From Squalus acanthias (taxonomy: Eukaryota), in contig CM059431.1 in NCBI GenBank assembly GCA_030390025.1, positions 127,040,001-127,104,000 of the forward strand: a stretch of DNA of 64,000 nt. Direction: 5' to 3'. Numbering within the stretch: position 1 is the first letter of the stretch; the number at the start of each line of letters is the position of its first letter. Of the stretch, positions 10,701 through 20,095 are shown piece by piece. The translations under genes were made by a program, and so were the position numbers. Below the pieces are notes generated by a model. That model was not told the origin of the DNA and searched no databases. It saw only the letters and a program-made list of their open reading frames with translations.

Positions 10701-13475
10701 TCACACGGTGCTTTCATCGTGCACGCGCACGTAACGTTCTCGCCACTCTCCCGTGTTTTCATGCTTGGTGAGGCATTTGTCTCTTTTACAATGTACGACC
10801 AATAGGTACACTACAATAAACACTTGACATACGACTAAAATGTGGGAGGCTATTCTGATCCATGAAGGCACTTCAATATTGGTGAACAGATTCCACCACG
10901 GTGGAACTACTATATCCAGAATGTCTGTTCCTATTTCGACAGTTTTCTGCTCTAATGTATAAAAATGTTTCTGTGACACCGCGACGGCTTTTAAAAGCTT
11001 GGTGAGGTGTTCAGGGAGAGGGGGAATGAGGTATCCGAAATGCGCGACGAATCGTTGCAAGTCGGTGAAATTCTCTTTTACTGTGAGATGAACAGTGGAT
11101 GGTTCAGGGATTGGGATAATTCGCTGTTGTGCTACTTGAACTTCCGCCCTGGGTTCAAAACAGAAACTGCTGTCACTCACCGGACACCGGCTACGGTTTC
11201 CATGCTGGTAGTGTTGCGCTGCAGTGGTAACACAATATGTTCCACCCCCGATGTATGCTACCTGCGGAGGCACATGATCTTGTGCCATTGCCTCCATGGT
11301 ACAATTCATGGACTTGGCGCCAGTCGTTCTGAACCCGCACTGTGGTGTTAAAAAGGCATTCAAGTGCTGGGGGCACAGTATTATGTGTGCTCCCCTGCCA
11401 CGACAACCAGAGAGATCTGTACCTGTCATCGTTTGCTCCCAGCGGATGACGTAAGGTGGAACCGCTGCATAACGAATGTGGGCTCCCCCCTGAATGACAA
11501 CAATGTTCTCTACCCGATACACCGGGGCGGGCTTTGCTGTGTCGCCCAAAACCGGCATGCGTAAAACTATACCCATAATGGTATGGTTTGATCGTCCGCA
11601 GTCCACGGGGACTGGGTATGCTTCTGAAGCTAGCCTGAGCTGGCACGGACTTAATGCGTTCTGAAAAGGGTGGAGCGCCCGCAGGTGTTTGTTACTTATA
11701 GAAACATAGAATCTAGGAGCAGGAGTAGGCCATTCGGCCCGTCGAGCCTGCTCCGCCATTCAATACAATCATGGCTGATCATCCAAATCCAGTACCCTGT
11801 CCCTGCTTTAATCCCCACAGTACACATATCCCACCCTACCCCCATAACCCCATGTATTTAATTCCCCCTAACATATCCCATCCTATCCCCATAACCCCAC
11901 ATATTTAATCCCCCCTAACACTAAGGGTCAATTTATCATAGCCAAATCAACCTAACCCACACATTTTTGGACTGTGGGAGGAAACCGGAGCACCCGGAGG
12001 AAACCCACGCAGACACGGGGAGAATGTGCAAACTCCACACAGACAGTCACCCGAGGTCAGATTCGAACCCGGGTCTCTGGCGCTGTGAGGCACCAGTGCT
12101 AACCACTATGCCACCGTGTTATCCAGGACGGGACCAAACCTTGTTTTAAATCCTCCAAATTACTGCGGCCCTCGCCCAGTAACCACGCCCCGTAAAGCAC
12201 GCACACCTCGTTCTGTGCAGCTTGATCGGATGCATTCCGATCTTCCCTAATCAGGGCATTTACCGTCTTTGCATGTTTCTCCAGCTCTGCTATAATTTCC
12301 TTTAAATGGAGAGTCATGGCTTGGTCCTCGTGTAAACCCGACCCTACCACTTTATTTTCATCTATTAGAATGTCTTTTAATTGCGTTTTTAGACCATTAA
12401 TCTGGGTCTGCAGCTCCACACTGTCTAGAGCGTTGACCACAGATGTACCCGTGTTAAAAGCAGTGAACGCATCGTTCACCAAACCCCTTCTTTGCCTCCC
12501 TACTTGATCCAAAACTTCCTGTGGTGCGGTGTACAAACTTGTTTTATCAATTTCTGCGAAATCGAATTCGTAAAATTGTCTGAACATCTTGGTCAACAGG
12601 ACCTGATACAACTGTTCCGTCTTTTTGGGGCACCACTCTGGTAACCGCACCTCGGTGAGATTTAAAATCACCGAGGCCACCGCGTAATGTACCCCCTGAA
12701 ATAGTATCTGGTCTGTGGGGACCAGTACCAAACCATTCCCGGGTCCCTTACTAGTTTTAGGGCACCCTTCTTCCTCAGCTAGAACCACCGGAATCGTGGG
12801 CGGGGCTTTGCGTGGGCGCGTAATCAGCTCAGTGGCATTTACCGGGATCGAAGAGTATGGGGCTCCGCACCCCCTGGTGCTTGCATCCCACCTCATCCCC
12901 TGTCCGTTATCCTGCCACTGATTAATGAAAAATATGGATATGCCTTTGGGGCAAGGGTATTTTGACCCCCACATGCATACATAAATTCCCTCGTCCGGTT
13001 CCCACCATTTGTCCCAACAGACTTTCACTTGTCCGTTTGTCCCCGTAATTGTCCGATGGGTATTATTACCCAGTCGTTCCCACTCGACCGACGAGTTCCT
13101 CATAGTTTTGCTCAGCTTTCGCAGCCACCACCATCGGCTCAATGGGACATTCCCACTACAAGTCAAACAAATCCGTTTGCCGACGGTGACGCTGATCCTG
13201 GGTGCGATGATCCTTACTTTGGGGCACATTAAAGAAGTCTCTTTGTAGGCAAACCCCGATGTGCTAGAATACTCCGTTGAGTTCGTTCCCAGCCATCCTG
13301 GCCACCTTCCCTTGTGGAAATAGGTGCTGGTCTCCTCTGCCTCCCGTCTTCCGGTCCCATCCACCGCGATGGGGGCCGTGTCCCCGGAACATCCAAACAC
13401 CACGACATCCTTGGTGCGGCCTCGATAGGCCAATCCACATCTGATTGCCACGAGCAATACTAGAATTCGTTCCAT
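10701..13475 (-). pseudogene. env: env: class I F-type fusion glycoprotein (~783 aa once the SINE is removed), interrupted by a SINE
   Basis: Signal peptide MERILVLLVAIRCGLA, N-glycosylation sequons, furin site RQRR|GLVNDAF (12497-12486), heptad region, Cys-rich ectodomain, and TM segment IASHILVVCQVFIVVYLLVV. ORFs 12099-13658 and 10701-11759 rejoin in frame as VPSWI-SNKH. Confidence 0.9.
11700..12118 (-). mobile_element. HE1-type tRNA-derived V-SINE inserted in env
   Basis: tRNA head CACGGTGGCATAGTGGTTAGCACTGG...GGGTTCGAATC; V-domain GTCTGTGTGGAGTTTGCACATTCTCCCCGTGTCTGCGTGGGTTTCC; CR1-like tail GGCCGAATGGCCTACTCCTGCTCC. Flanked by TTAT (11696-11699 and 12119-12122). Internal ~47-bp tandem duplication at ~11824-11917. 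Confidence 0.9.
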
Positions 13476-13761
13476 CCTTCCTTGGTTCCTGTGATCAGAT
13501 AGAATGAGGTAGCCAGCCTCGCAAGAGTCTCTGGCTTTTGTGAAGGGTGAGCGGGTCCCCTGACCTCGCCTCACGTAAACTTCAACGTTCGCTGAATAAA
13601 CTTTAACTAAACCTATCTTTAAAGCTCCCATCATTTTATCGTTTTCTGTTAAAAACACTACAATCTTAACCTTATTAAAACTATAAGCTTAACCTTGAAC
13701 TATGAACTTAAAACTTAAAACTTATTACTATACAGTGCCGCCCGTTCTCAGGGCGGCCCCT

Positions 13762-16700
13762 TTAAATTCTGAGAAGGCTGCTGCGAGCTCTTCCCGACGG
13801 TGGGAGGGCACTGACCCTTCCCTTTGATCTGCCGCAGCCTGTTGCTGCACTGATTCCTTCCTCTGATCTGCCGCAGCCTGTTGCTGCTGCGATGGGGCCG
13901 AGCTGTATCTGGGTTGCCTCAACCTTAAGTCTACGCCTTGGGGCAGTCTGGGGACATGACCACATCCTCCTGGGCTGGGGTTCTCTACTTGACCTACGGG
14001 GAGTTGCCATGGGCGGGGGTTCCGTGACTGACGGACCGGGTTCCGAGACTTCCATCGGGACGACCTGGGGTTCCACCACAGTCGCTGGCTCCGCCTCCGC
14101 TGACTCCGCCTCCCTAACCTCGGGGCTCGCAGTTTGTGGCTCCGCCCTGCTCGGCCCAGCAGGCGGCCCTTCACTCGTGATCTCTGCCTCCCCCGAGGAC
14201 GGGACGTTCAAAGCGGGCGGCTCTGTCTCTGGGGTCCTCACCGTCACTCCCTGTGCTCCCACAGCGGCTGGCCCCGCCTCCCCTAGCTCCTCCCTCCTGT
14301 CTTCGGGACCTGCAGCTTGTGTGTCCACCCTGTGTGGATCTCTATCTGCAGCCCGTATCCTCCCTATACCTAAAATGGGACCGTTCCCCAAAAACCACTC
14401 GTCTTCATCACTATCCTCATCTGACTCGAGTTCCCGGAATTCTCCCTCATCTGACTCCCAACCCCACAAAAATGCTTCATGATCTTCCAGGATGTCCCCT
14501 CCCCTGATGCAAGCTGCTTTGCCTGCCTGTGTGCCTTGTGGTCCTACCTGGGGCTGTGCTTCCCCACTGGCGGGGTTTACCCCTGTGGTTTTCCCTTGCG
14601 CACCTGGCTTGTACAGTTTGCATTGGTTTACGTGGAACCACTTAGTGCGCCGAGGTACTTTTACGGCGTATACCATGGGACTCGCCTTGTCTACAATGTT
14701 GTAGGGTCCCATATACAGTGGTTCCAGACTCCCTACTCTGGCGTAGTTTCTGACCATGACCTGGTCTCCTACTTCCCACTCCCGCGTTTTGCGGGGTTCC
14801 AGCAACAAGCGATTGCCCTGATGCTGCCTTCCCATGTTCCCAGCCGCCTGCTCATAAACCTGCTTCAGGCGCTCCAAGAGAGTCTGGGCGAACTTGTCCC
14901 TGCTTATCTCTTGTAGCTGACCCTCAGTGAGCACCGGCGCTAGCACATGGGTGGGGGTTCGCATGAGCCTCCCAGTCATCACCTCGTGCGGGGAGTACCC
15001 CGTACTTTTTGACTGACTGGCCCGGACCCCCATGAGGACTAAAGGCAGAACTTCCGCTCATTTTTGGGGCGAGTTCCTAGTCTCTTTCCTCAATTTCTCC
15101 TTCAGGGTCCGGTTCATGCGTTCAACAATCCCGGATGACTGGGGATTGTGTGCTACGTGCCACTTCCCTTCAATGCCCAAAAGCATGAGGGTGTTCTGCA
15201 TCACCTGGCCGGTGAAATGACTCCCTTGGTCTGACTCCACAAAACGGGGAAGTCCCCACCGCGAGAACACTTCCCGGACCAAGATTTTTGCTGTACCCAG
15301 TGCCGTAGCTGTTCGACAGGGGAAGGCTTCCACCCACTTGGAAAACACATCCACCAAGACGAGGCAGTATTTATAACCTCCCTGGGTGGTGGGCAGGGGT
15401 CCTATATAGTCGATCTGTATCGACTGCCATGGTCCCTCTACCCTTCTTACGTGTCCCATGGGCACCTTCCTTTTCTGGGGGTCTGGGTTGTTTGCAGCGC
15501 ACACAAGACAGTTTGCACAGAACTCGCGGACTTGTTCCCTGAGCCCTGGCCACCATCCCGCTTGCTCTACCCGTTGCCAGGTAACCTCGGGCCCGGGGTG
15601 CCCTGCCCCCGGTCCCTCGTGAGCCAACTGAAGGAATTCCCTCCTGTGCTGCTGCGGCACAACCCACTGCTCCTCGCGGAACAGCATGCCTTCCTTAACT
15701 GAGAGGGTTGCCGTACTGTACGGACCTTCTACCTGCCTCCCCTCAGCAATGGTTTTTAGGACTGCTTTTAGGGCGGGATCCTGGGTTTGGACGGTCTTAA
15801 GGTCTAGGGGCAATGCTACCCTGGTGTTCCCGGGATTCCCGTCCCTGCCTTGGATCGCTGCTATGGGTCTGGTCCCATAGGGGTCCCAGAAAATGCCGTT
15901 GCGGGCACCTTCCCTGGCTAGCGCATCCGCCTGCTGGTTGCCCTCCCCACGGGGCTCTGTGGAGGAGTGAGCTTTCACCTTATGGATGAAAATCTCTCCT
16001 TCCTCCCCTACTGCTGCTGCTAAGATCTTTTCCAGCAAGCGCTTCACCGTTAAAGGTCGCCCGTCCGCGGAGGTGTATCCACGGCGGGACCAAATGGCCA
16101 GGTATTCCGTACACGAATTGCAGGTGAACATACTGTCCGAGCAAATCGTGTATGGGGTTGGGAAAATGTCTGGGTGGGTAACAACGTACACCACGGCAGA
16201 CAGCTCAGCCTGCTGCGCGCTCATGGTGCTGGGGAGCTTGATCGCCAGGGCAAGGTTTGCCGCAGGGTCATAAACTCCACACCCCGTGAGTCGTTCGCCA
16301 GCAAATACTGTGCTAGACCCATCAACATAAATCTCGCGCCCAGTGGGATGTATCCCGGCCCGTAAACCTATGTTGACGTCCCACACCCCTTCCACCGAAC
16401 ACCGGTGGGCTGTACCGGGGTATACCAAATTGGCCGCAAGCCTGGGCTCGCAAAGACCTTTTACTCTAAGATCCAACTGGGAGAGAAGAAGGGTCCAGCG
16501 CGCAATGCGCACGCTGCTTACGGTCCCATCTTTAATCCTCCCATCTAGAAGCATCTTAGTTGGTGTGTGATGTGTGAGGAGAGTGATGGCAGAGAGCCCT
16601 GTGAAGATCGCTGATCTTTTCACAGCCCAATGCGTGGCTAAAAGGTGCCTTTCGCAATTGGAGAAACTTCTCTCCACATCCGTTAACACCCTGGATGAAT

Positions 16701-18282
16701 AGACAACCGGCCTCAGCTTGCCGTGACGCTCTTGGAGCAGCACAGTGCTCAAGCTGTCTCCGCTGGCAGCTACCTCCAGGAAAAACTCCTTCCCCCCATC
16801 TATGGCCCCTAAGGCTGGCGCGGTCTGCAGATCCCTTTTTAACTTCTCGAAGGCTGCTTGGCAGCCCTCGTCCCAAGACCACTCCACCCCCTTATGGAGG
16901 AGTCGGAGGAGCGGCACTGCTGTGGCCGCATAGTCTTCGATAAAGTCCCTGCAGTAACCGGTCAGTCCCAAGAAGGACCTCACACCCCTTATGTTGTTGG
17001 GAATCGGTAATTCTTGCACCGACTCCCTCCTCGCTTTGTCTATAGCTCTTTCCCCAGCGCGTATGGTCAGTCCCAGGAATTTTACTTCCCGCTGACCGAT
17101 ACGTGCTTTCTTAGGATTTATTTTAAAACCCTTTCTCGCTAGCAGCTCCAATAACTCGTCCAGTAGTGGTCCATGCTCCTCCCTTGAGTCCGTAAATAGG
17201 AGCAAATCATCCACGTACTGCACTATCTGATTGGGCTGACTAAACTCCTTTAAACTTCCTGCCATACACTGATGGAAAATACTGGGGCTATTGTGGAAAC
17301 CCTGTGGCAGACAGTTCCATGTGTACTGTTGTCCTTTGAAAGTAAAGGCAAACTTGTACTGGTCCTCTCGCCTCAGCGGGATGGACCAAAAACCGTTCGA
17401 GATATCCAGCACCGTGAACGTGGTCGCGGACGCTGGGATGCTCCCTATTAGGTCAGCAACTGCTGCTACCGTGGGCGCGCAGGCGGGAATGTTACTGTTA
17501 AGGACTCTGTAGTCCACCGTGGCTCTCCACGAATTATCCGGCTTCCTAACCGGCCATAATGGGGAGTTCACGTGTGTGGCTATCGGCCTCAACACGCCCT
17601 GCTGCACCAAGGAGGACATTGCTGTCTCCATATCGGGTTCTGCTTCTTTGGGGAAGTTATACTGCTTTTGGGGTCGGGTCATGGGGTCCCCATCTACGCT
17701 GACCTCAAACCCGATAACCCTCCCACAATCGTGCTTGTGGGTTGCTAACGCGTGCATATTATCTGACACGTACGTTTGCATGTCCGTTGGGACATCTGCG
17801 ACCATAAGCCTGAGGTCGTAGCCTCCGGATGGCTGTACAGTACACAGGACCCCTGTTTCTTCCTCCCCCGGAATCACTACTACCTCGCCTTTTTCACCCT
17901 TAGCCCCCCAGAGACAGTGATTTCTGAGGTCCACGAGGATCCCGTGTCCCGATAGAAGATCAGACCCGAGAATACCTCTTCCACCCCCCTCCTGCCATTC
18001 CATCAGTATACACTTCCACTTAAGGTGAAGTGCTCCCAAACGAATGGATAGCGGAAGGGAGAACGCGCCAGCCTGTTCTTTTCCTGTGAACCCGGCTAAC
18101 GTGAATGGGACCCTGGTAGATAGCGGCGAGTCAAAAGGGCTATCTGTATGGGTTATGGTGCAAGAAGCTCCCGTGTCCAACAAATAACTACCCCTCTGTT
18201 TCTCTACCTCCATCTCCACCAAAGGTCGCTTCCACGCATCATAGCTAAGCGGACACAGGTAGACGGGCTGCGCGGGTTCTAG
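13762..18282 (-). pseudogene. pol: pol: protease-RT-tether-RNase H-integrase, with one in-frame stop at 15058-15060
   Basis: PR LLDTGAS and ILGSDLL; RT LPQGFHNSP and YVDD; RNase H YVDGSS/AQQAEL/SDS/GNQQADALA; IN HHCC zinc finger, QIDYIGP, SDQGSHF, VERMNRTLK and GPY motif. ORFs 15058-18222 and 13762-15033 are in the same frame (SPQK*AEVLPLVLMG). Confidence 0.95.
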
Positions 18283-20091
18283 TCATGGGGTACTATTAGA
18301 CGGTCCTGCGGCACCTACGGGGCCGGTTGCGACCGCCACCTTTCCATGTGCACTCAATAGATTGCGCATGGCTCCTAACACTACTTCGAGGTCGTCGGGA
18401 GGGGTGGGTGCATTAGCTTCCCTAGCCGGGACAGGCGCCTGGGCTCGGACCACGGGATTTTTATCCTTGGAATCTTTCCAAGGGTTCCTGCAATGCTTGC
18501 GCCAGTGCCCTGTCTTCCCACACCCGTAACAAGCATTACTTGCCTGTGGGGCGCGATTACCCTCCTGATGCCACTCTCTTTGATACGGGGCTGCGGGTCG
18601 TACCTCATGTACTTTTCCCTTAAGGGGACGTGTTGCCATACCCCTTATATTGCGATATCCTAACGTGAGTCGATTCAAGACCGACTCTTCCGTAATGTTG
18701 GGGTCATTGGGATCAAACCATGCTTTTGCCTGCTCTCTGACGGCTGGTAAACTGTTGGCTATTATGCACCTAAGCCAATGAGCTAAACCGGCGCCTTCCA
18801 TATCTTCGCGCTCGGGCGCACCTAGACAGCTGCGCTCATATACTGGCCACAGCCTGTCGGCAAAAACCTTCGGGGGTTCTCCCTCCATCTGCACTGTCTG
18901 TCCCACTCTAGCAAACGGACCTTCATCGTCCGCCCCCAACACTTCCAGGACCTCATTCTTTAATGCCTCATAAGTCTTGGTTCCCCTCTTGCTCTCGCCC
19001 GAGAGACACTGAAGGATTGTACTGCCTAACGAAAACAACAGCATTTTTGCTGTTTCCCCATCATCGCAGCCGTTAATGGCTGCGGTTTGCTCAACTTCTC
19101 TGAAATGTACGGAAGGGTCGTCTGCCTCGGTTAGCTTCCGTACGTGATTTATCATAACTCTCAGCTGATGTGAACTGTGAGGCAATACAAGCTGTCCGAG
19201 GAGATCCCCTGGTTCTTCCCCACCGTTTCTGTTTGGGCCCCTTTTAATACCCGTTACTGGATACAACGGTCCCTTTTCCACTTCTTTCTCAATGGGCTCT
19301 TTCATTTCTTCCATTGCTTCCTCCCTAACCCAGGTTTCCGAATAGCTGGGTGGCGCGGAGGGCGCAGTGGCTACTACTTCCTCTGCTTTACTTGGTGGGG
19401 ATTTCTTAAACTTCTCACTTACTAGCGGCTGGTGTGCTGACGGACTGATAAGGCTCACCATGCCGTGCGCTTTGTTCACGGCCTTTTTGAGGTGCTCTAT
19501 CTCTTTTTGGCAGGCGCTATGATCGGCTCCCTGAAACTTATCCTCAAGGGCCAACTTATATGCCGCCCTAACCCTCGTTAAGCTCTCTTCCTGAGTTCTT
19601 ATCTGGGCAGCTTGGCGGGCACATCTTTCCTTTAACCTGCTCTCATTTAACTTTGCCTCAGTGACCTGGCACTCGAGGTAATCTATCCTTGTTTTATGGT
19701 GACTGGAGATTTCCTGGCGTTCTTGGTGCAACGCACTTAAATTCCTAATGAGCATTTCCCCTCCAGAAACCTTCTCATCCATTTCTCCCTCTAAATGACT
19801 GATTCGAGCTGTTAGCGCTGTAATGGTCTGGTTTGAAATCTGGACCTGCCTTTTGTAACACATTAGCCAGACTGCTTTCTCGAGTGTCTTTTTATGTTCT
19901 TTACTATCTGTCCACCTTTCGGCTGCCTCTAGCGGGCTTTTATCCGCTAACAATTCACTTATCCATTTCTTAGTTAAATTAACCTTTCCGAACACATAAT
20001 CTGCTATCTTTTCCTGCATAACATTTCGTACAGTCATTCCAAAGTCTAACACACTACCCTCTCGCTGCCAGTGTCCTGCCGCGGTCGCCAT
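18283..20091 (-). CDS. gag: gag polyprotein, 602 aa
   Basis: Uninterrupted ORF directly after the PBS. Coiled-coil-like N-terminal half, PSAPPSY motif, and CCHC knuckle CYGCGKTGHWRKHC. Confidence 0.92.
   Translation of the reverse strand: MATAAGHWQREGSVLDFGMTVRNVMQEKIADYVFGKVNLTKKWISELLADKSPLEAAERWTDSKEHKKTLEKAVWLMCYKRQVQISNQTITALTARISHLEGEMDEKVSGGEMLIRNLSALHQERQEISSHHKTRIDYLECQVTEAKLNESRLKERCARQAAQIRTQEESLTRVRAAYKLALEDKFQGADHSACQKEIEHLKKAVNKAHGMVSLISPSAHQPLVSEKFKKSPPSKAEEVVATAPSAPPSYSETWVREEAMEEMKEPIEKEVEKGPLYPVTGIKRGPNRNGGEEPGDLLGQLVLPHSSHQLRVMINHVRKLTEADDPSVHFREVEQTAAINGCDDGETAKMLLFSLGSTILQCLSGESKRGTKTYEALKNEVLEVLGADDEGPFARVGQTVQMEGEPPKVFADRLWPVYERSCLGAPEREDMEGAGLAHWLRCIIANSLPAVREQAKAWFDPNDPNITEESVLNRLTLGYRNIRGMATRPLKGKVHEVRPAAPYQREWHQEGNRAPQASNACYGCGKTGHWRKHCRNPWKDSKDKNPVVRAQAPVPAREANAPTPPDDLEVVLGAMRNLLSAHGKVAVATGPVGAAGPSNSTP
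20073..20090 (-). promoter_or_regulatory. Primer-binding site complementary to tRNA-Arg(TCG)
   Basis: Plus strand GTCCTGCCGCGGTCGCCA equals the recalled 3' 18 nt of vertebrate tRNA-Arg-TCG. It lies 5 nt from the LTR end. Confidence 0.85.
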
Positions 20092-20095
20092 TTTC

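Noticed and set aside
12040..12118. tRNA-like sequence
   Set aside because: It is the SINE head, not a tRNA gene.
13476..13658. 61-aa N-terminal extension of env in the ORF track
   Set aside because: It begins at GTG. The signal peptide and a candidate splice acceptor point to the ATG at 13475, although the upstream ATGs (MMGALK) cannot be fully excluded.
13728..14482. Overlapping ORFs 13892-14482 (+) and 13728-14174 (-) as accessory genes
   Set aside because: These are GC-rich shadow frames of the integrase tail with no independent evidence of function.
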